From assembly GCA_964472075.1 (NCBI GenBank), contig CAYYIY010000001.1, positions 150,670 through 214,669 of the forward strand: a stretch of 64,000 nt of DNA. Direction: 5' to 3'. Positions 55,519 through 62,703 of the stretch are shown here, one piece after another; within the stretch, counting starts at the first letter, position 1, and each line of letters opens with the position of its first letter. Position numbers and translations under genes: made by a program. The notes under the pieces were generated by a model. The model was not told where the DNA came from, did not search any database, and saw only the letters and a program-made list of their open reading frames with translations. The stretch comes from an uncultured bacterium (lineage in GTDB: Bacteria; Muiribacteriota; Ozemobacteria; Ozemobacterales; Ozemobacteraceae).

Positions 55519-57471
55519 TCAGGGTCGCGACAGTGGCAACGACGGTCCTTCCCAGAAGCGGCCGATGTCTCGCTGGTACAAAGAGAGAATGATGCGACGG
55601 GAACCCCCGCGAGCGTGCAGCAGACGCAACAACGCGTAGGTGTCCTGCCGCAGGCGCGGTCCGCTGCAGGCCTGCTGCAGTTGTTGCTCAAGTTTTTCGA
55701 CCATCGGCGGCTCAACTTTGCCGCTCGCCATGGCGATGAAACGTCGCAGGTTCAGTCGATCGGAACTCAGATGCAGGATCGTATCGACCAGCCCCTGAAA
55801 TCGTCCGAGCAGATCGAGATCCGGACCCTCGATCAGATGAGGGCGAGGCCAGGTCAGATTGCCGAAATGAGCGGAAATGAAGACGGTAAACTGCTGCGGG
55901 ATCGCCTGCTGACGCAGCTGGCCCAGATACTCAACGGTCAGATCGTCCGGGTTCATCGACTCGATGAATACGACCTTTCCAGCAGGACCGGGCGGTAGAA
56001 GTTTGAGTAACTCAACGATGTCGTCAGGGACGGTGAGTCGCACGGCACGATCACTGCCGCGCACATAGAGCGAATCGGGAAACACGCCGCAGGTCGTTTC
56101 GAGCGTCTGTTGCCACTTCTGACGAGCCGCCTGAGCTTCCGCCCCGTTGCCGACCGTGCGCATGATGTTTTCCGCCGTCGATTGTCGAGTGACCCAGGCG
56201 GTGGCCCGCAAAGTCAGCTCGGCCATTGTGTGTTCACGTGACAGGTACAATACCGGAAGACGACCAGCAGTCTGCAAGGCAAAAGCCTGCATCCAGGCCG
56301 CTTTTCCTTCTTCGCGACCCCCGACGATCAGGTGCAGGCCGCGCTGCACAAACCCACCACCTAAAGCTTTGCCGAGTTCGACGCCGGGGGCAACCACCAC
56401 GGAAGCATGTGACGGCAGTCCGGAAACGAGTTCGGGCGCTTCGAGTTTCAGGGGACGGAACTGTCGAATTTCGCGCGTCGACAGGGTGGGTAGGGGCGCG
56501 GCCGGCTGAGACAAAGGAGCCGCTGTCGAAGGAAGAGAAGCCGGAGTTGCCACGGGGGCCGGTGCTGAAGCTCGCGTTTCTCCCACGCTTGCCGCCAGAC
56601 CGGCAAACACTTCCTTCAGTTTCTGAACCGGCTCTTTGGTGGATTCGAGAAACTTGATCCAGGTGCGAACTTCCTTGAGACACTCGTCCAGAGTTCTCTT
56701 TTTGCCGCAGTAATCGGAGAAAGCGGCGGGGCCATAGGCAAAATGGGACTGGCTGACCCCCACTTTCGGGCGGTGCAGCCCAGGGTGAATACTCCCCGGC
56801 ACGAGAACGGGAGTTGTCGCACTCGCCATCTCAGGCAGGATGGTTCGGTCCGTGGTTTTCATCAGGCGGCGATCACCACGTTTGATGCCGGCGATGCGCC
56901 CGATCAACGCCCGATACATGCGTCCGAGTTGCCGATGCCCGCCGCAGCCGAACACACCCGGGTGAATCTCGATCGCAATTTCATCGGGCGTGGCCAGCAG
57001 GAACATGGCATCGTTACTGATGCCGAGCGTTTTCAGACTTTCGATGAATCGGGTCGTATCGTCGTAGACTGCCTGAAATCCGAAGACTTCCTGATTCGGA
57101 CGATAAGGCCTGCCGTCGACCACCACATGAGTGTGTTCCCTGGCAAGCAGCTGCAGAAGCTCATCCTGACCCGGCAGTTCCGGTACTCTTTTCCCCTCGA
57201 CTTCGAGATGGATCTGCAGCCCTTCATAGCCGCATTCCTCGAGTAACAGATCAGAGGCGCGACGAATCGCATGCACCACGGTCATCGGCCCGGAAAGGAC
57301 GATGCTTTCTTCGTTGAAAGCCTGTTGCAGCTGTTCCGCATTTTCGGTTTCCTCGAAAAAGTAGGCGGAACGGTACAAGCCCTCAGGAACGGCTTTCAGC
57401 GCATCGCTCAGCCCTTTCAGGGGTTTGATGCCCGAAGCAACTCCCGACGCGGAAAGTATCAGCGCATTCAT
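55519..57471 (-). CDS. Hypothetical protein with C-terminal RecA/KaiC-superfamily domain (degenerate Walker A)
   Basis: The C-terminal GLHLIVGGREEGKAAWMQAFALQ...LYLSREHTMAELTLR resembles KaiC/DnaB-C/RadA folds, but Walker A is GGREEGKA. There is a Pro/Ala-rich linker, and the N-terminal ~270 aa are unrecognised. Confidence 0.45.
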   Translation of the reverse strand: MNALILSASGVASGIKPLKGLSDALKAVPEGLYRSAYFFEETENAEQLQQAFNEESIVLSGPMTVVHAIRRASDLLLEECGYEGLQIHLEVEGKRVPELPGQDELLQLLAREHTHVVVDGRPYRPNQEVFGFQAVYDDTTRFIESLKTLGISNDAMFLLATPDEIAIEIHPGVFGCGGHRQLGRMYRALIGRIAGIKRGDRRLMKTTDRTILPEMASATTPVLVPGSIHPGLHRPKVGVSQSHFAYGPAAFSDYCGKKRTLDECLKEVRTWIKFLESTKEPVQKLKEVFAGLAASVGETRASAPAPVATPASLPSTAAPLSQPAAPLPTLSTREIRQFRPLKLEAPELVSGLPSHASVVVAPGVELGKALGGGFVQRGLHLIVGGREEGKAAWMQAFALQTAGRLPVLYLSREHTMAELTLRATAWVTRQSTAENIMRTVGNGAEAQAARQKWQQTLETTCGVFPDSLYVRGSDRAVRLTVPDDIVELLKLLPPGPAGKVVFIESMNPDDLTVEYLGQLRQQAIPQQFTVFISAHFGNLTWPRPHLIEGPDLDLLGRFQGLVDTILHLSSDRLNLRRFIAMASGKVEPPMVEKLEQQLQQACSGPRLRQDTYALLRLLHARGGSRRIILSLYQRDIGRFWEGPSLPLSRP

Positions 57472-57481
57472 GATTCACCTC

Positions 57482-58930
57482 TCAGCGAAGTTCTCCCAGC
57501 TGCAAAGCCGCTGCTATGCGACGAGGAATGTCACTCAGGTTCATGACGCCCTGAAACAGCGTCTGATGAGTCCCCATCGCGTGCAGGAACATGTCTTCAC
57601 ACCCGTGACCGTTTGTCGCCATCTCGTGCAGCGACTTGCCGGTATCGAGAAACGAGATACCCAGCTTGCCCCAGACGAGATCGCCGAGACGCATTTCGAA
57701 TTCCTCGCCCGCAGGTACAAGTTTCAGTGAAGCAATTTCAGCATCAGAAAAGGTAAGAGATGGATACGATTTTTTCAGTTCATCCGCGAGACTCGCGGGA
57801 TCGGCGGCGATGCGACGTGCCAGCATTTTGGTCGACACCGCCGACTTGCGAAACGTATCTTCCTGAAATCGCTCGGTCATGTGCAGACCGCCGGTCGAGT
57901 GGTCGGGCACCATGACGAGAAGCGTATCCGGATGCGTGCGCACGAATTCCTGCAATACCCGAACCGTGGCATCCATTTCGCGAATCTGCTCGACCAGCTC
58001 CGCAGCATCGTGAGCATGGGAGAGGGCGTCAATCTGGCCGGCTTCGACCATCAGCAGAAAACCCTTCGGATGCGCGGACAGGATTTTCAATGCTGACGCC
58101 GTCATCTCAGGAAGATCAGGCGTTGATTTGCAGTCAGGTTCGAACGTGAACGGCATGAACGAATCAGAAAACACCGCGAACACTTTCTCAACCTTGTCGG
58201 TCAGGGCCTGCACCAGATCCTGGCGTGACTGCACGACACGATACCCCTGCTGCTGCACGTCCGCGAGCAGATTCCGTCCTTTCGGCTGTTTGCCTCCCTG
58301 TTCGACGCTCTGAAACCAGGCGCGGCCACCGCTCATCAGCAGATCGATACCCGAAAACACGATCTGCTCAGCCAGCTTTGCCTCTTCATCGCGGTGATTC
58401 ACGTGACCGGCAAAGGCGGCCGGGGTCGCATGCGTCAACCGAGTGTCCGAGATGATCCCCGTCTTCATGCCCTTGTTCCGGGCCAGATCCATGATCGTGA
58501 TCAACTGATTGCCGGCGGCATCAACTGATACCTTGTTGAACAGGCCGATCTTTCCCGTAGCCAGCGTCGAAGCCGCCGCGGCCGAATCATTCACGGTCGA
58601 GTCGGCCGCAAAGCCGATGACCCGGCCGACAATGGGAAAACGATCGGTCTCGAGTTTTCCCTGGCGACCGACGATCGCGTCACGAGACAACCGCAGGGCA
58701 GGAGCGCCCAGTCCGTCGGCAATCAGCAGAATCGCATTGCGAGCCGGACGCGCCAAGACCTTGAGCCGGCGCTGCAGGGCCTCATCAAGCGTGATCGGCT
58801 TTGAATCAACCGGAGTGATCAAATCGTTCGCCGGAGGTTTTGCCGGGGTAACGACCGGGGTTTCCTGGGCTGCAAGCATTGCACAGCCCGCCATAATCAA
58901 CAGCACAGTCAGCAGGAGTCGACGCATCAT
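57482..58930 (-). CDS. Alkaline phosphatase (PhoA family), secreted
   Basis: Signal peptide MMRRLLLTVLLIMAGCAMLAA. LLIADGLG and DSAAAASTLATGKIG match the PhoA active-site Ser region. C-terminal HDAAE and PDHSTGG motifs. Confidence 0.75.
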   Translation of the reverse strand: MMRRLLLTVLLIMAGCAMLAAQETPVVTPAKPPANDLITPVDSKPITLDEALQRRLKVLARPARNAILLIADGLGAPALRLSRDAIVGRQGKLETDRFPIVGRVIGFAADSTVNDSAAAASTLATGKIGLFNKVSVDAAGNQLITIMDLARNKGMKTGIISDTRLTHATPAAFAGHVNHRDEEAKLAEQIVFSGIDLLMSGGRAWFQSVEQGGKQPKGRNLLADVQQQGYRVVQSRQDLVQALTDKVEKVFAVFSDSFMPFTFEPDCKSTPDLPEMTASALKILSAHPKGFLLMVEAGQIDALSHAHDAAELVEQIREMDATVRVLQEFVRTHPDTLLVMVPDHSTGGLHMTERFQEDTFRKSAVSTKMLARRIAADPASLADELKKSYPSLTFSDAEIASLKLVPAGEEFEMRLGDLVWGKLGISFLDTGKSLHEMATNGHGCEDMFLHAMGTHQTLFQGVMNLSDIPRRIAAALQLGELR

Positions 58931-58995
58931 TCCATCCTCCTCGGGTGTATGCCTGATTCTAGCACACCCCCTCCGCTCTTGTATCTTCGTGTGTT

Positions 58996-61224
58996 CTATC
59001 GCCGGTCCTCGGCTTGCGGTGACGGCAGACCACGGGGTTCGTCGAAGCGTGCCAGACCGCATGGTCCTTCAGAAGCAATCCCGTACTCGTCACCGCGTCG
59101 ATACAAAAGCACCGGTTGATACTCGGAAAATGCCTGCTTCAACAGAGCATTCGGACCATCGCCCAGATCAAGAGCCAGAATTCGACTGCCGGTGCCGAGA
59201 AACGGGTGATTCAGGCGCACGACTTCCATGCCGTTGATGGAAAACTCCTCAGGCCGACGGTATCGCGCCTGCTGCTCCGCCTCGTCAAGCACGGCAGCCA
59301 CCAGCCCTTCGGGCGCATCTTGGGGCAACCGGCGCAGCTGATCGAGAAGCGCATCATAGTCGACGGCATCGGTACTCACCGCACGCTGCATGAGGGGTGC
59401 GGAAACCCGCAAGGCACGCAGCTGCCTGAGCACATCCAGCCGAATACGCGCAGGGTGTCTGAGAAACACCAGCGATTGATTCGGTACCAACCGTTCGATA
59501 ACCGACGCCAGATCAGAGCGGATATGCCAGTAATCGCGTGCCAGCAGCGACCACCAGGCGTGAACCATCACGAAGAGTCCGATGGCCGCAATAAGACCCT
59601 GTGCGCGCCGCCCGGCATTCGGCCAGAGTTGATCGAGCAGGCGCAGCACGCGAGCGCCCCCCCATGCCGCCGCAGGCAACAGCGGAAACAGATAACGCGG
59701 TCCGTAGCAGAAATCCTGAAAATAGTACCAGCTGTAGCCGACGATAACCAGGATTGAATGCAGCACAAAGAATAAGTCGATGATCGTCTCGGTATTTGAA
59801 ACAGCCTCTCGCCGCTTCAGCAGGGCGAACCCCGTCCAGCCGGCCAGGCCGCCGCCAAACGCCCAGGCCGAAAAGCCGAGAAGGTTGTCGATGTTGTTCG
59901 ACCACAGCAGCCCGGGTGACAACTGAGCCAGCACCGACGCCGACACCTGTACGTGCCGAACAGCCAGCAAAGGGTCGCCGGCAATCAATTGAGCCCACTG
60001 TGATTGAGCCAGTACGGCGGGAATAACACTGCCGAGCAGCAGTCCACCCCAGATCGCCCGCCTGGCAAAAGTTGCCGGAATCAGGAACGCGGAGATAAAC
60101 AGAGACAACATCAGAGCCGCTCCCTCGACACGGCGGGTCAGCAACAGCAAGGCAATCGCCACCATGGCACCGGCAAGACCGCGGTTTCTTCCCTGCGTCA
60201 GATCGGCCAGACCGTTCACGCCGATCAACAGGCAGAGAAGTCCGAGTGAATGATTCATCTGCGATGCGCTCATCAGCAGCAGAAATGGCGAGCAAGCAAA
60301 AAGAGAGATTCCGTAGATCTCTGTCTCACGCGCCTGGGCCGTTCGAAACAGCCGAACAAAGAGCAACAGGCACAGGACACCAAGCATCGGGTTCAGCAAA
60401 GTGTCCAGGTTGACTTTCATCAATGCAGCCTTCAAAAAAGCATAAGCAGGCTGGTAGGTTGAATAGATCCAGGAACCGTTTTCATCGATGGATGGATCGG
60501 GCAGGAACGATTCGCGTATCGGCAGCGGCGGCGTATGCGCACGGCCGAGCAACAGCAGACGAGCCTGCCAGTGCTGAATGATCTCATCCTGCACGCGCGG
60601 AATACCACCCAACAGCAGCTGTTGCCCCACGACGCCGCAGCTCAGAATCAGCACGGCGAACCCCAGCAACCGCGACCGAGACAGGAGCGGCAAGTCAGGT
60701 GACGACTGTTGGGAAGCCGCGGCATCTGCCGGACGGCACGACATGACACAGCGCCGAAACCAGATCAGAGACGCGAAGGTTCTCGCCCAGTCAAGCCCGA
60801 GCAGCAGCAAGGCTGATGTCTGTTCAGGTTGAATGCAGGTATACCCGCTGTTCGTATCCATCAGGCGTTGCGGCACCAATGCCAACAGAATCAGCCACCA
60901 GAAACGATTTCCGAGATGGTGTCGAAGAGAGCCGAGAATCTCCTTCCACTGCGCCTTTTCTTCAACGGTTCCGATCGCACGGATAACGGTGAGTGCCAGA
61001 AACAGCAGCACGACCAATGACCACAGCGAGTCGTCCATGCCCGCATAGGCCACGGCATCGGTAAGACGCGCTTCCCATCGGATGGCGTCCGACTGCAGCA
61101 AAGCCGTGCCGACATGAGACAGCAGCAGAAGCAGCGTATCGACGATGATCAGCGGCACAGGCGAACTCTCGGTTGAAAGCTTGAGGAACAGAGATATCGG
61201 GGCATCATGGTATAACCTCGGCAA
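58996..61224 (-). CDS. Large polytopic membrane protein, GT-C-like (possible lipid-linked-sugar-dependent glycosyltransferase or polymerase)
   Basis: 742 aa with more than 12 hydrophobic helices and a soluble C-terminal ~180 aa. No sharp motif. It is the first gene of the minus-strand glycan operon. Confidence 0.4.
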   Translation of the reverse strand: MPRLYHDAPISLFLKLSTESSPVPLIIVDTLLLLLSHVGTALLQSDAIRWEARLTDAVAYAGMDDSLWSLVVLLFLALTVIRAIGTVEEKAQWKEILGSLRHHLGNRFWWLILLALVPQRLMDTNSGYTCIQPEQTSALLLLGLDWARTFASLIWFRRCVMSCRPADAAASQQSSPDLPLLSRSRLLGFAVLILSCGVVGQQLLLGGIPRVQDEIIQHWQARLLLLGRAHTPPLPIRESFLPDPSIDENGSWIYSTYQPAYAFLKAALMKVNLDTLLNPMLGVLCLLLFVRLFRTAQARETEIYGISLFACSPFLLLMSASQMNHSLGLLCLLIGVNGLADLTQGRNRGLAGAMVAIALLLLTRRVEGAALMLSLFISAFLIPATFARRAIWGGLLLGSVIPAVLAQSQWAQLIAGDPLLAVRHVQVSASVLAQLSPGLLWSNNIDNLLGFSAWAFGGGLAGWTGFALLKRREAVSNTETIIDLFFVLHSILVIVGYSWYYFQDFCYGPRYLFPLLPAAAWGGARVLRLLDQLWPNAGRRAQGLIAAIGLFVMVHAWWSLLARDYWHIRSDLASVIERLVPNQSLVFLRHPARIRLDVLRQLRALRVSAPLMQRAVSTDAVDYDALLDQLRRLPQDAPEGLVAAVLDEAEQQARYRRPEEFSINGMEVVRLNHPFLGTGSRILALDLGDGPNALLKQAFSEYQPVLLYRRGDEYGIASEGPCGLARFDEPRGLPSPQAEDRR

Positions 61225-61248
61225 TCTGCCGATACAGAAGAGTAAACG

Positions 61249-61908
61249 ATGAACACCTCATCTGTCACTTCGACGCGACTTTCGGGCGCAACGGCTCAAC
61301 CGCGAAACCCTCGCATCATCCGGCGAAGCGGTTGCCGGCTGCTGCTGATGCTGCTGTTCATCGCGTGCGCTCTGCCTCAGCCTGCCTCGGCGGTAGGGAA
61401 CGCCATGCCTCTGCCGAATGCGGCTCAGACTGACGTTCCCTCGATCGGCGCAGGGGGCATCACCTGGAAGTACAAGCGAGCCAGTGGCCCAATGAAGTTT
61501 GGAGGCGATCTTCAGATGATCGGGTTGCGACTTTTCGGCGGGCGCAAGGACGACCCGAAAATCGGTCTTGCCGCGAATACCGGCACGCTGAACGGTTCTT
61601 CTCTGCAGCTCGATGTTCGCATGGGCGGGCTCACACTTGAAGATTCCTTTCGCTCGGACCGCCGTCTGAAATGGCGCGCGACAATCGGCGGCGGCCATTA
61701 CGACCTGCACACCCGCCGCACCGGCTACAACATCAACTCAGGCGGTTTTGCCTACTTCGAACCCATGTTCATCGGGGTGATTCCGATGAATAAGCACATT
61801 TCCATCGAACTCGGCGGCGGCTACACATTTGCCGGAACAACCGGGGTCAAGCTCGAAGGCCCGTTCTTCGAGTTCAATCTGCTGCTGGGTCGCAATCTCG
61901 AACCCTGA
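61249..61908 (+). CDS. Secreted Gly-rich hypothetical protein
   Basis: Signal peptide ...LLLMLLFIACALPQPASA, then Gly-rich beta-strand-like segments. Confidence 0.4.
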   Translation: MNTSSVTSTRLSGATAQPRNPRIIRRSGCRLLLMLLFIACALPQPASAVGNAMPLPNAAQTDVPSIGAGGITWKYKRASGPMKFGGDLQMIGLRLFGGRKDDPKIGLAANTGTLNGSSLQLDVRMGGLTLEDSFRSDRRLKWRATIGGGHYDLHTRRTGYNINSGGFAYFEPMFIGVIPMNKHISIELGGGYTFAGTTGVKLEGPFFEFNLLLGRNLEP

Positions 61909-62580
61909 TCAGCGGCTGTCGAGATACCGCCAGAGACAGCGACAGGCCATCGAGCGCCAGGGGCGCCACGACTCACCGAGCTTCACCAGTTCTTCATTCG
62001 TCGGCAGTGCCGGCAACCCGTACGCGAGCGCGATGCTTCGTTTCAACGCGTGGTCGGAAAGCGGCAACACATCGGGTCGCTGCAGATGAAAGATCAAAAA
62101 CATATCTGCGGTCCAGACCCCGATTCCTCGCACACGGGTAAGACAGGTGCGCACTTCATCGTCGGTCATGCCCTGCAGAGTCATCATGTCAGGCAGAGTC
62201 CCGTTCAGCGTCCTGGCGGCCAGATCTTTCACCGCCGCAATCTTCGGACCCGACACTCCCGCCAGCCTCAGCTGCACCTCGGGCACGGCAAGCACATCGT
62301 CAGCATGCAGAGTGCGGCGACGCGGAAACAGCTCGTGAACGCGTTTGACAATGGTTTCAGCCGCACGAGTACTGATCTGCTGGGCGACAATCGAGTGAAA
62401 CAGGGTTTGAAACGGGTGACGAAAGCGCACCGTTTCGATCGCAAACATGCCGACTTTCTTGATCACCTTCGCCAGCCGGCGGTCGGTACGCGCCAGTCGC
62501 CTCAGAATCTCTGATGTCGACAGGTCTGCCGCGGTTTCATCGACTCGCCCGGAGCGAGAGTCTTCATGCTTCGTCATCAT
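61909..62580 (-). CDS. alkA: DNA-3-methyladenine glycosylase II (HhH-GPD family)
   Basis: HhH-GPD core LAGVSGPKIAAVKDLA ... VRGIGVWTADMFLIF with the catalytic Asp in LSDHAL. Confidence 0.8.
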   Translation of the reverse strand: MMTKHEDSRSGRVDETAADLSTSEILRRLARTDRRLAKVIKKVGMFAIETVRFRHPFQTLFHSIVAQQISTRAAETIVKRVHELFPRRRTLHADDVLAVPEVQLRLAGVSGPKIAAVKDLAARTLNGTLPDMMTLQGMTDDEVRTCLTRVRGIGVWTADMFLIFHLQRPDVLPLSDHALKRSIALAYGLPALPTNEELVKLGESWRPWRSMACRCLWRYLDSR

Positions 62581-62703
62581 GTGAAATCCATGCTACCACA
62601 CGCCCCCGCGAAATCGAATGGCTCGGGTATCGACAACGCTTCCACGTTCATGGTAAAGGTGTTGAAGAGAAGTTTTCGAGAACGTCGGTGTACACCGAGT
62701 GAG

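Noticed and set aside
55487-55715. TTG-initiated 76-aa Cys-rich N-terminal extension of the radical SAM protein
   Set aside because: It would overlap the upstream gene by 197 nt in a different frame. The ATG at 55487 gives a 32-nt spacer. Cys codons (TGC) are favoured by chance in GC-rich alternative frames. Flagged as needing experimental start mapping.
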